A stretch of DNA of 64,000 nt. Source: Blepharisma stoltei ATCC 30299 (Eukaryota > Protista > Ciliophora). Under the pieces are notes generated by a model. The model ran no database searches. It saw nothing but the letters and a program-made list of their open reading frames with translations, and had not been told where the DNA came from. The DNA is taken from assembly GCA_965603825.1 (NCBI GenBank), contig CBFDEM010000010.1, forward strand, positions 186,001-250,000. The letters are read 5' to 3'. Shown here piece after piece: positions 11,212 through 25,000 of this stretch; within the stretch, counting starts at the first letter, position 1; each line of letters begins with the position of its first letter. The position numbers were made by a program, and so were the translations under genes.

Positions 11212-14200
11212 ATGAAGGTCCATATAAAATTTAATCTACTATTCTGTGTAGCTTTTGTATATTCACAAATCGACAGCTCACTCGTCATAAAAGCTCAAAA
11301 ATTTGGAAGCAGTGTGAGCACTCTATCTTCTGACTCAGTTATATATTGGGGTGAATCTTTCGAAGAAAGTTATTTCTATGGCGATCTTAAAACATCTTCT
11401 TCAATTCAGAGAACAAAGGATCAAGATATATACATGTCAGCGTTATGAATTGCCTACGATGCCCATTATAAGCTTAATTTGAGTTTATCTGATGGAAATT
11501 ATATATTGAACTTGAGATTTGCTGAAATTGAATATGATTCTCCTAATGAAAGAGTTTTTTCTATGAATTTTTGTGGAGAAAGTATTTTTGAGTATCTAGA
11601 TATATATACTCAAGTTGGAGGAAAAAATAAAGCTTTAAACATTTTTTATGAATTTAGTGTAAGGAATGGGATAATTCAATCATCAAACTATAATATTGCT
11701 CAAAATGATGGAATGCTAGATTTTGAATTCATTTCAGTTGTTGATAAAGGGATAATAAATGCTTTACAAATTATTAAGGGAACTTGCAGCGACACAGGAA
11801 TTTGTAATAATTGTTATGATCCAAAATGTCTTGAGTGTGATAATGATGCTGCTATTTGTACAAAATGCATGTACAATACAGGTCTAAATGATAAAAATTA
11901 TTGCCAATGCAATTCTATGAATATAAAAGCTATAATAAATGCTCCAGAAAGTGTATGCAGTGACTGTATTATTACTCTTGATGGCTCGGAATCTTATGGA
12001 AGTGGAAAACTTAGTTTTCAGTGGGTAATTGATAATAAATTTTACTCAAATTCTGCAGTTTGCTACTATACTGTGCAAGATTCCTCAAAAACCCACATCA
12101 TAGTAAATTTTACAATCTCTGATTCCTGTGGATATACAAATACAATTGGCAAAGTTATCAACGTCAGTAGAGATTCTATTGTTGTTAATATTATAAGCTA
12201 TACCAATAGTTATCAAGTCAATAAATACTCAACATTTTCTGCAAATTATATTACAAAAAATAGTAGCTTGCAAAACCCAGTCTATACATGGTCGATCTCA
12301 CCTGATATTAGCTCATCTGTAAATTTAAACCAAAAAGAAATCACAATAAAATTTCCTGATACACAAAATTATACAATTGCAGTCACAGCTACCTTTGATA
12401 GTGCTTCTGCTACGACTTCTAAGATTATAACCCCAATGCCAGAAATACCAATAATTTCTGTTTTAGGGGTGAATACAGAAATATATTGAACAGCAAATAT
12501 CATATTTAATGCTACCCTTCTATATGAAAATGGGTCTAACCAAGTTAACTATCCTCTGAATTATTCATTTATTGATTGTGCATACGGAAAAATTACTTCT
12601 CTTGGGCCAAATAGTGACAAATCTCTCTGGAGTTTTCGCTTCCAAGGGACAAAGAATTTTGATTCTACCTGCAGTTTTGAAATTTCTATTGAAATTGCAG
12701 GAAATATATATAGCGCGGACTGCTATTATAATTTAACTCAAACGACTATACCTCTTGTATATGTTTCTTACCCCTACCCTTATTTTGACTGATCTTCTGA
12801 GATAAGATTTATGGCAAATATTCCTGATCAAACAAATTTAGTTTTCAGGTGGATTCAAACTGATAGCAACCCTCAATTATCAGAGTCAGACCTTGCTACT
12901 TATAAAAATCAATCTTCCTATACAATTTTGCGTTGCGTCACAATTCCAACAAAAGCATATGAGTTTACAATAGAAGTTGAAGATATCACCACCAATACAA
13001 AAATTGATGTAAAAACCAAAAGACCAGTAAATAGTCCACCTCAATATGGAAATTTTGCAGTAAATCCTTCAAGTGGGAGTACTTTAGAAACACAGTTTAA
13101 TGTTATTTTTCAAAATTATGTCGATCCTGAGCAAAATAATCCAATTTCTTATCAAATTTTACAGCTAAATGATGATGGAAGCACTATAGCAATTACCCCG
13201 AAAACATATAGTAACAGCTTTAGCATTTATATTGGAGCTAATGGAAATTTAACGTTATTGGGAAGAGTTTATGATAGCTTAGGAACTTTTAATAGCACTG
13301 CATACAAAATTTCGGTGCAAAAAACAAATGCAAACCCTAAAATAGAAACTGAAAAGCTACTAAATGCTGGATTAAATATGGATCCAACCATGTATATTTC
13401 AAAAATTGTTGCAATTTCTCAATATGTGTTTAAGGATGCGAGCTATAAAAATAGTACAGAAGAGATTGTGAATGATTTATTAAATACTTTAAATAAATGA
13501 GTTTCAAGCAAAGAAATGACTCTCGTTGATGTAAGCACTGCCATTGATGTTATAAGTGTCTTTCTCACGAAGTCTGATTACTACGGAGAGACTTTAATGC
13601 TGAACATTACTTCTAGCTTATCGAATATTTTAAATCAAACAGATAAGCTTGATAAAGACACATATGAAGTATTATTGGAGCAAATTGACATTATTACATA
13701 CAGATTTACTGGGCTAAGTGATGAAGGCAAAACCAATTACACTTCATTGGATTTTTATTATACGCTTATTGATTTTTTTGGTAAAGCAAATGATAAATAC
13801 CAAAAGCAAACACTCCCAAACGAAGTTAGTATTACTTTTGATGGAAAATACTATACTTCAGTGATTGTTTCTAGAAGTAAAAGTACATTGAGTGAGGAAA
13901 TTTCGATATCCAATTGCACAGTTAGTTTTGATGTGGATGCTCAAAATGATGATGATAACAAAGTCTACCATCAAGCTGTTGCGTTATTAAATAATTTGAA
14001 GGATGTAACAGCTGCACTACCTTCAGAATTCCAAAATAATTTTGATGCAGCCAATTCTTGCTCTTTTGACTCGCATAATAAGTTCGGATGCCGAAGCTAC
14101 GAAATGAACCAGAATTTGGATTATGGGATATCAAAGAATAATGCTTATGTCAAGCCAAGTGTAACTAAATTTCAGTATAATTCTTATAAGCAAGAATCAG

Positions 14201-15873
14201 AAGCAGCTGATGCAAATGTGACCATTGTTATGCCCAAGTCTGCGCAAACATTATATGATACAACCTGCGAAGTATTAATTAATGGGCTTTTTAGTAATAA
14301 TCCATGCAATACAGTTGACCTTGGAAATTTTGTCTATCAGTGCGTATGCAAAAATCTTGGCTTAATTACACAAATTCCTGACCCAACGTTACAAAATTTA
14401 TTTGTAAAAGGAAAAATCTTGATTAATGTTAAAATATTTTCTGGCCTTTCATTTATCCCATTTATCGTTTATATATTGCTCTCGCTCATATATATAATAG
14501 GATTGAGAGACTTAGGGAAGCTTGATACATTAACTTGCAAAACTTTGAAGAGTAAGGTAAAATATATTATGAGAAAAATAAAATCGTCTATTGAAAGTCA
14601 TATCAAATTTAACGAATTTTGCAGCATAAAACAAATTAAGAGGGGATTATTGAATTTTACTAAAAAAATAAAAGAAGATGTGGCTGGAAAACTTACAGAT
14701 ATAAATGATATAGATTTTTTAGACGCTTTAATAACAGATAAATTGATTATTAAGCAAGCTGAAGATGCAATTTTAAAAAATGATATAGATATAATTAAAT
14801 CTCTCACTTTACCTGACGTAGAATTCAATAATTTGATGCATAGCATTCGTGTTAGAAGAATGATTTTCGCTAAACTTTATTACTTTATAAGGAGTTATTG
14901 CTATCAGGAAGCTTATGAAAAAAAAATTATCAACAAAATTAAAGATCTCACTAGTAATAGAGATCCGCATATTGAAGCATCAGCAAAGTTAATAAAAGAA
15001 ATAATAAAGCAAATAAAATCTGGAGAATTTATTGTAAACAATTATGAAGAAAATAGTGAAGAGCATCAAGATAATGGGGATAATGAAGAAGTTGGAGACA
15101 GTCAAGTGCTTCTTAACATAGAAAATGACGAAAGCACTTTTTATTATAATTCGAACTCTTATGGAATTTTTATTGAGCTTCTCGCAAACAAAATGAAAAA
15201 CGATTTTCTTCATGAGGATACTTTTTATTATTATTTTATCAAAAGTAATTTGCTGCTGGGCTTAATTGGGTTTACAAGTATGAATTTTTCTAGAAGAGGT
15301 AGACTTACTTTGTTTATGCTGACTGCATTTACAGATGTATGAGTAGCAGTATTTTTCTTTGAAGATAAAAATAATTATTATAGTTCCTTTTCAATACTTT
15401 CTATAAGCGAAGTTCAACTAATTATTATCGGAATTTCTATTGTAATTGGATTAATTACAGGGATTTTAGGTCACTTTCTACCTAGCAATTACACTCAGTC
15501 AGAGTTATGAAAGGAAGAGAAAGTTAAATATAAGACATCAAAAATCGCTTATTTAATCAGTTGAGTAGCAATGTTGTTTTTGCTTTGGAATGCCTGTTCA
15601 AATGCAGGTAATCTATCATACAGTCAGCATGGAAATCTCATTAAAAGCATCACAATTACTTTGATTGTTACCGTTTTACTTGAAGGGGTAATCAAGCCTA
15701 TTTTAGAGGCATTATTACATAAATATAGAGTTTTGACTGTAATTAAGAGAAGTTGCTTAGATATAATGGGACTAGTGATTTGTTGTAAAAAGAGAAATCC
15801 TGCACAAGTTTACGCAGAAGAAAATATTAAATCTGATGAAGGTTTTTTGGAAATAGAAGAATCTCAAATTTAA
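11212..15873 (+). CDS. polycystin-1-like surface protein A (signal peptide, malectin, Cys-rich, PKD/REJ, GPS-like, 5 TM), about 1553 aa
   Basis: Five track ORFs in one frame separated only by TGA; malectin motif LRFAEIEYDSPNERVFS..LDIYTQVGGKNKA; REJ motif NSPPQYGNFAVNPSSGSTLETQF..DPEQNNPISY; GPS-like cysteines before TM1; FSRRGRLTL motif. Confidence 0.85.
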
Positions 15874-15925
15874 AAAATATTAATTGTGAATTATTTATTT
15901 ATTTAGATAATAATTTCTTAATAAT

Positions 15926-17599
15926 ATGTTTCGGCTATACTGAGCTTTAAAATGCTTTTCCACTAAAGCTCCCATTCAAATTGCATTACAAAAGTCAATT
16001 TTCTTATACAAATTTAATCAAGCTGAAAGCCTTAACCACTTTTTCAAAGAAATTACATTACCAAATACTTCTTTAGCCCAGCAAATTTATGCTCTGAAAT
16101 TAATCATCGAAAATCGCCATCCACATAGCTTTTCACCGCAGCTAAAAATCGATATTATAGTCCTCATAAGGAAAATTTGTACACAAACTTCAACTTTTGA
16201 TCCTATCTCAATAGTCGAATTCTTTAATTTGGCAATGGAACTTGACAAAAGATCAGATCACTGATATAATTTTAAATTGGCTATGAATGATTGGAAAGCT
16301 TTGAAATCGAAAATAATTGAAAACATTAATTCGGATTTGTATCAAAAGAAAGAATTTATTTCTCTTTTCAGGTCTTGAGCCTATTTTAATACAAAGATAT
16401 TTGAAGTTGAGAATAAAATTAGGGAAATTATAAAAGATAAATCAATCATCCTGGATTTGGAAGAGTGTATGATGCTGTTAGAAGGACTTTTAGATTCAAA
16501 AATAAAATCTTACTATGTTTTGACACGGGATGTATTGAGAAGAGTTAATCAAGCTAGAGAGCTAGACCCAAAAAATGCTGCAAAAATATTAGAACTGATA
16601 AGTTGTTTAACTAAAATACCTCTTTTTCATAATGAAATTCAGCAATATCTCAACAAGATAAAAAGTTTTATTTCCCTTTGAAAAAAAGAAGAAGTACTGT
16701 CAGTAATAAAGTTTTATAACAAAGGAGAATGAGAAGATTTAGTTCTTTTGGAAATTTCTGTCCAGAAAATTTTATCATTGATGAGATATGATCAATTCCA
16801 TATTAAATTCCTATTAAATGTTTATCTAGAATTAACAGAAAAAGAAAAGTATTTTACTTTGCTCTCTGAGCTAATTGAAATAGTGAAAACTGAGATTATC
16901 GCTAAAATGCGGACAGAAATGATGGATTCAGGAGATCTGCTTACATTGATGAAATCCATGAGTAATGTAAGTGAAGAGGTAGGCGAATTGTTAAAAAATC
17001 GAATAGAAAATTGTAAATGACTATATTTTGGGCATAAATTCAATGTAATAAATAAAATTTCACACATTTTTATTACAAAAAATGAAGCGTCTATTCCTTT
17101 AACTGATATTATTCCTATAGAAGCGCTATTAAATGATAATGCTACTTCTTTAACTAGAAAATACATAGACATCAAATTGGAAATTTTATCAGAGATATTA
17201 CATACAAGGGAAGATTTGCAAGTGAAGCTAGAAAAATGGAAAACAATTATTTTAAATGAGCTGGATGATATTGGAAAATCTGATGATAAAACAAGAAAAT
17301 TTATTATTGATGTCGCAGAAATGGAAATCCCAGAAAATATTTTACCTTATTTAAAACCAATTTATTTAAAAATTTTGGATTATTGTGATAGGCAGTCAAA
17401 TAAGACTGAGAGTGCATACATTTTAAAAGACTCGTTAAAATTATGCAAGAGCGACCCAGCAGCTTGAAAAGAATTCTATGAAAAAAATTCTTACATTTTT
17501 CAATATCATCACATAGAAAATGGACTTAAAATCAAAGATCTCCCTTATGATATTAAAAATCTACTTTATTCAAAGCTTCAAAAAAGGATCAAAAGATAA
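15926..17599 (+). CDS. alpha-helical protein with possible mitochondrial presequence, about 557 aa
   Basis: Single frame from ATG 15926 (MFRLYWALKCFST) to TAA 17597-17599 interrupted only by TGA. Confidence 0.75.
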
Positions 17600-18584
17600 T
17601 TAGCTTAGCTAAATTTTTAAAGTAATTTAGATTTCTTTTCAAATTTCGATCTTTCAAATCTAAAATAACTTTTTATATAGTTTGCTTACTGCAATTATGC
17701 GAATTTGGCACCCTTCCTTTTTGCTGACCCCCTGACGATCACAAAAATATTAGAGCTGAAATATTAACTGATAAATCCATATATCAATTGGGTCGATGAA
17801 CAGATTGAGATAAGTCTTCAATTTCTATAATTCAAATTCAAAATTAAGGCATTTTAGAAATCAGTCTTTTAGTATATTTGGAAATGAAGAGATCGAGGAG
17901 TGCGCATTGGAGAAGTGAATGGATGACGAGCAATTGGCAGACTGCTCAGAGCATTGAAAGAAATAAGTATGGAGATCTGAAGGAATAGCACTTATTGAGC
18001 TAGTGCTTTACAGAGCTAGAATAAAGACAAAATGGAAGAAATGAAAAATTGGTGAATATTTGTGAGTCAGGAGACTGGATGGAGTAATAAAGGATTATCA
18101 TTAGGAGAGAGATAACTGCAAGGTATTTGGATAAGTTGAAGTAGAGAACAAATAAAATGGAGGAACTGAAAGTAGCGGAACGCAAAGGAGCGCTAAACAG
18201 GCTAGACTGGAGGAATATTTTTGATAAAGAGCCTAAATGGGGCTGCTGAGAGCGTAAGCTCTCTGAATAGGATGATAGATGGGCAAGTCCCTATATATAT
18301 TTGACTTCTCAAATTAATTTTTGGCATTTGAAATTTTTGCGACCTTAGGGATTGGTGGCATGGGGATTGGATGTCCAGAGTCTATTCATAAAGGTGCTTA
18401 ATTTTTCATAATTTTAATATAAAATTCTTTAAATCAAAATAAGCTCGACAACTTTCAGAGTGAGCAGACAATCTTCCCCACATTCTAAGGAGATTAATTT
18501 AAATTTTATGAGAAGAAAACAGTATTTAAAATAATATTGTTAGGCTAGTTTTAATATATTAATAATCATATCATATAGCTATTT

Positions 18585-19030
18585 AATTCATAATAGAATA
18601 TTGTCTATCTTTAAATGGATTTTATCTTCCTCACCTCAATGGTTAGCAGTTTTTAGTGTTTCATCAAGAAGCACTGCTCTGCATGGGTTTCCCTTTTATT
18701 TAAAATCACCAAGCTCAGAAATTTAAGAGTTCAGCACTAACTCTGTTTCTGCTTTTTGTTTATAAATCTAATACTATCAATGTAGATGGATCATTTAAAT
18801 AATATTACATTTCACAAGTTCAAATTAAACGGACTTTGGAGCTGCTATATATACTTGAATTTCGATCCGTGAAGTGCCTGCTGGTGGCTCAATGAAAATA
18901 ATTTTCCCACCTCAAATAAATATTGCTTCAGGAGCTAGTACAAATTGTTATTATATTTTATTTGAGCTTAATATAAATATGTGTGCTTTGTTTAAGATAA
19001 TACTCTTTATATATATAATTGATTTCCTAA
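18585..19030 (+). pseudogene. decayed, internally deleted paralog fragment of the 19054-27381 gene
   Basis: Nucleotide similarity to about 19800-20060 and 20460-20650 with stops and frameshifts (EVPAGGSMKIIFPPQI vs KVPAGCSIVVYFPLQI). Confidence 0.8.
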
Positions 19031-19053
19031 CAATTTAGTATTTTTATTATAAA

Positions 19054-22000
19054 ATGATTAAATTTTTGGCATTGACTTTATTGCTACAGTATGTGGCTCA
19101 AGGTAAAACTTATTTAGGTGGACTTATAGCTACTTCATCTCCTATTTCTTTTTCTCCAACTCAAATCAGATCCGCTGCAAGCTATAATTTAAAGTTTTCA
19201 CTTTTTTCATTTACTCCTATTGATGCTATAATTACTGTAATTTTCCCGGATAATTCTGTTTTATTCAGCAGTTCATCAAATTACTTATGTTCTCTTTCTA
19301 GATCAGATAACTCGATACCTCCAAACGCTTATTGCATATCAGATTTCAGCACTCGTTCAATATCAATATATAATTTTTTTTTGTCTGGAGTAGTTATAGC
19401 TGGATCAAATGCTGTATTTTCAATTGATTTTCTTCAGATCAATAATCCTAAAACAACAGAAATAACATCAGCTGTCATAATAAAAACACTAACAAGCAGC
19501 TCAAGCCTGATTGATCAATCTGATTCTCAAGATTTTAATTTAACAATCCAGGCTACGACAGCTTCTATGACATCAGCTTCAATTATAGCTGAGTCGAACA
19601 TTATTGGTGACATTACAACTTGGACTTTCTCTTATCAGCCTCTTTATGAATCTATCGCTTTATCAACAATTTATATTGAGTTTCCTTCATGAAATGGCTA
19701 TATTGGCGCTAGTGGATCCGATATTCAAGAAATCATAACAACTACTAATCCTTCATGCATTGGAGTTACTAATATTGATTCTGCAATTACCTGCAGCTGG
19801 AATAGCCAAAATCGAACATTAATCGTTACAAATGGATTTCCATCTTTCTCAATACAAGGAATTGTAATTTTTAATGTTACATCATGCAATAACCCTCCAA
19901 GAAGCGCTGCACTTACTGGTTTTCGTTTTTATTTAAAATCATCCAACTCTTGGATTTATGAATCTAGCACAAAGTCTGTTTCTGTATCAGTTTCAAAGCC
20001 AAATATTATTAAAATTGATAATTCAGCTGTGAGCTTATCTAACTCTCAAACTCAGGTTCGGACATATCTTTCTATCAAATTTAGCCCAAATGTTCCTTTT
20101 TTAAAGGATGATATAATCGAATATTCTGTTCCTTCCGAAACCTCTTTCTATTACAGTGCGTATATCAACAATTATAATGGATTTTCTGCAAGGCCAGACT
20201 TAATTAGAGTTAGCTCGAATGTAGTAAGAGCTATAAAAGGTTTTCCTTATTATTCTAGCCCTTCATTAGTCAATATTGAAATTATTTATATGTTAACTCC
20301 TAATTCAACAAAGCCTACAGGAACATTTACTATAAGGCATTTGTCATCAAATTTAGACGTTATTGCAGAAGGAAGTGGTGGGGCCATCAAAGTCAACCCT
20401 TCAAGTCTCAGCATGAAGAATTTTAATCCATACCTTATTTCAACAAACTATACAATCAAAGCAACTGCAACTTATTATTTCCAATTTTTAATCAATAAAG
20501 TTCCAGCTGGCTGCTCAATAGTGGTATATTTTCCTCTCCAAATCAAAGCTGCATCAAGAGCCAGTGCAGTTTGCCAGTATATTTTATTTGGACTTGATGG
20601 TAATGCAAAATGTCTTGTGCAGAATAATATTCTTTACATTTTTGATGGGTTTCAGAGGGAATATAATGGAGAGATATGGTTTGGGATCGATCAAATTACA
20701 AATCCTGATACAAATGCCGCAACTAAATCATTCAACATAACAACATACACTGATAATACACTAACTTATATGATTGATTCTACTGCTTCTAATATAGTTT
20801 TTACTGCTACTTACAATTCTAATTTTTTACAGGTAGTTCCTTGATCGTTTACAACTGGAGATAACACTACTTATCTTTTTATTGTTTCCACATCCTATAC
20901 GATTCCTGCAGGGAGTCAGATTTCAATATCATTTCCTGCTAATATAACAGTTTCTAGTAGCATTAATACTTGCTATGAAATTATTGGGGTCAATACTAAT
21001 AGCTATACATGCAATTACGTAAATAATCAACTCTTGATCACAAATTGATTTAACTCAATAAAAGATCCTGGCACCTTGTCATTCTACATTAATGGTGTAA
21101 TCAACCCTTTCTCGACCAAAACATCAGACCCTTTTAAGGCAACAATTTATGATTCATATGGGAATATTGTTGATTTTATATCAACCGGATTAAATACTGT
21201 ACGAATGTCAAGCATCCACTGATTAAGCCCTTTTTTAATAAGTATGAGCGATAACACTAATGGAGCTACATCAAATTATACTGTATCAATAACTACTTTT
21301 AACCCAATACCAGCAGTACTTAGGATTGAGCTTTGATCATTATTAGGTTTATGATCATCCATGCTATCCCAGCCAATATGTGAGGCTAAATCTAGTAGTA
21401 TTATTTCTATTTCTTGCGCGCGTTCAAGCTCTACCCTTATAGCTTCACTAGTACTATCAAATGATTTGCCCAGCAAAACTGTTCTTTCATACTCAATTTG
21501 AAATGTGAAAAATCCAATTACAACCAAGAGTAGCTACATTGCTGCTACTACGATAGATTCAGGTGGCTATGCAATGGAATATTCAAGTACTTATCTTGTA
21601 ACAATACCCGCAAATATTACAGATATTAATATAACCGCTGCTAATAATGAGATAGGGATGAAGACTAATTATACCATTTCTTATTTTCCGGTAAATCTGC
21701 ATCCTTCTGGATCATCTCTTACAATAAATATTCCTCCTGAATTTTCTCTTGGAAATGTTGGATGCATTCCTATCACCTTAGGATATAAATTCAACTGCAG
21801 TATTTCCTTATTTAGCATTACAACGATCAATGGATTTGATTCTAGCTACAACTCTTCAGCAAAAATTTCATTTGCTATTACAAATATTGTAAACCCACCG
21901 AGAAAAATAGTTACTTCTCCATGAATTTTGAAATCATGAGCAGGAACCTATCAGATTGATCAATCTACAGCTATAATTTCATCGTTCAATTGCTCATCTA

Positions 22001-25000
22001 GCTGCTCAGAATGTAAATATGCATCAACAAATTGCACATCATGCTATGAAGATTATTATTTACTAAATTCTTCATGCGTAGCTTCATGCCCACCAAATCA
22101 TATTTCAAACTCTACTGCAAGAGTATGTATGCTATGTCCAAGTCTTTACCCCATTGCGTATAATAATACCTGTAGTCAAAAATGTTTAGATCACCAATGG
22201 AAAGATAACGGAATATGCTATGATTGCATTAGTCCATGCTTAACCTGTAAAAGCAGTAGCTTTTGCACATCATGTGCACAAGCTGCAGCACATCCTAATC
22301 TTGTAGCCCAAGTATATTTATATCCTGATGATGGCACCTGCCTAATAGAATGTCCTTTAGGCACTTTACCAAATTCCACTACTTTCACGTGTGATCCTTG
22401 CTTTAATTGCATCCCTTGCCCAGATGGCTTTTATTCAACATTAGGAACGAATGACTGTGCTAATCTTTGTGATGAATCATGCAAGACCTGCACCTCTAAA
22501 TTTCGTTGCTTAGAATGCTTGGACTATAAAAAATATTTCGACGGCGATACATGCAAGTATTGCGACAGGAATTTTTATTCTAATCTAGATGGGAAAACTT
22601 GCTCGCATTGCTTAGTGAACCAGTACTCGGATCCAGGTGAAAATATTTGCAGAAGCACTTGCTCTGGGCCAAGCTGTGAATTTTGTATAAAATGTGATAA
22701 AGAATGTAGAAAATGCTGAAATTATGATGATTTTATTCCGATGAGTCAAGCTTATATCATAATATGTTTGGAATTGGAAATTCCAGACGAGGAATTTATT
22801 GTAGGACAGATCTCGGATGAATTTATAGTAAATATGAACCATTCATGCCCTAATTTATTATTAAAATCAATGAATGATGAGATTAGGTTTATTACAACAG
22901 AATATTCCAATTTTAAAATTATCATCAATCCAGAATATGATATAATAAATAATCCCCCTTATTTCTCTATTGAAATTGGAAAAATACCGTTAAATGTCTC
23001 TATAAATCCAAAATATGATGATTTTTCATTGTTTATTATGAATAATGAAAATTTCATACAGCAATCCTATGAACAGTTTGGCAGAGTCTTTATAAAGCTC
23101 CAAGGAGGGATTATCTTTAATGCAAATCTATATTATAACAATACTTATTCTTGCTACTCAATGCTTTCAGATACTACCATCTCAGAAATGGGTGGAAAAT
23201 CTATTCAATGCTATATACAAAATGAATCAAACTTAATCATAATTATGGATCAGTGGACGGCAGCTACAAATTTCCTAGTATTTAAGAATAATGTATTTTC
23301 GAAAAAAAATCAGCCAAATATAACAAACTTAAAATTTATCAATTTAGAGATTAAAAATTTTAATCCCTCCCACCCTGTTCCTATCATAAATTCTGTATCA
23401 AGAATTTGTTGTGGCTGCAATTTTACCCTTGATGCATCACTGTCATCTGGATTAGGAGTTCTAAACTACAAATGATATATTAATAATGTATTTTTTTCCA
23501 AAGAGCCTGTTACATACACTTTAGCCCGAGATTGTGGAGTTAAAAGTGATATAGAAGTTAAATTGGAAATCAATGATTTATGGCATACTGAAATAGTACA
23601 AAAGAATATAAAGCTTGAGCAGGTTCCTTCAATTTTGGTAATAAATCGTGATGATGCAATAACCACACATAAATATGCAACATTTTCTGCCGATGTTTAT
23701 TGAAATTCAACAACACAAAGTAGCTCTATATTTGATATTGAGTGGAGTTATTGGCCAGGAAATAGCAAAACACAGGCTATTACAATAAAAGGACAAAAGG
23801 AATTTTCAACCGTTTTTTATGATGAAGTAAATTACACAATTTCTGCTACCGCTATTCCAAGAAATGCAGATTTTGCCTCAGATAATGAAACTATTTATAT
23901 AGTTCCAGCTCCAGATATTCCTATGCTATTAATAATAGGAGTAAATTCGTCTATTTATTGGGCTGCTCAAATCTCATTTTACGTCGATCTGGTTTATAGT
24001 GATGGGTATAAAGATAGGAAATATCCTATTGTTTTGTCAGAAATCAACTGCCCATATGGTAATTTAACTGGCAGTAGAAATGGAGATTTTTCGTTTCTTG
24101 GAAGAGAAAATGAAAACTATTGATGTGGTTTCACTGTGAATGTCACTTTTTCATCAAAAATCTTTAAAAGTATTCCATGCTATTTTAATGTATCAAGAAG
24201 TAAAGTTCCTGAAGTATATGTTCCTTATTACTGAGATTATTTTGATTACTCAGCACCTACAAGATTTATGGCAAACATCCCTGACCAAACAGACTTAATA
24301 ATAAAATGAGTCAAAACTGACAGCAATCCTGAGATTGACATATCAACTCCCAAAAACCAATCTTCATATACAATAGATGCCTTCACTTTAATTCCTGGGC
24401 TTACTTATGAATTCAAAATAATAGCAAGGAATAATATTACAAATGCAACTACAGAGGTGGTCACAAGAAGACCTGTAAACAGCCCCCCTCAAGGGGGATC
24501 ATTTTCTATCACTCCAACATCTGGCTATTCCTTGGATACAAAATTTTTAGCTATATTTTCTGGATGAGCTGACCCTGAGCAAAATAAACCACTCTCTTAT
24601 CAAGTTTTCCAACAAAATGATAAAGAAGCCATTGCAATTACTCCTAAAACGTCTAGCAGTGTTTTTACCCTCTCTATAGGGAGTGTTGGGAATATATCAT
24701 TAATTGGAAGAATTTATGATGGCTTAGGCACATTTACGAATAAAACTTTTCTAATAGAAGTAAAACCAGTTAATAAAGATTCAAAAAGTGAAGCAGATCA
24801 ACTTAAGACAGCGGGATTAAATATGGATCAAACGATGTATATTTCAAAAATTGTAGCGATTTCTAAGCATACATTTGAAAATTATATGGACGGTAACTAT
24901 ACTCAAAGTGTCATCAATATTTTAGTCGATGCTTTAAATTTATGGACATTCAGCAAGAGTATAAGTTTAAGCGATGTCAGTGCTTCAGTTGACATTGTCA

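Noticed and set aside
18345-18372. Internal telomere-like GGGATTGG motifs
   Set aside because: Only two imperfect copies and not a tandem telomeric array
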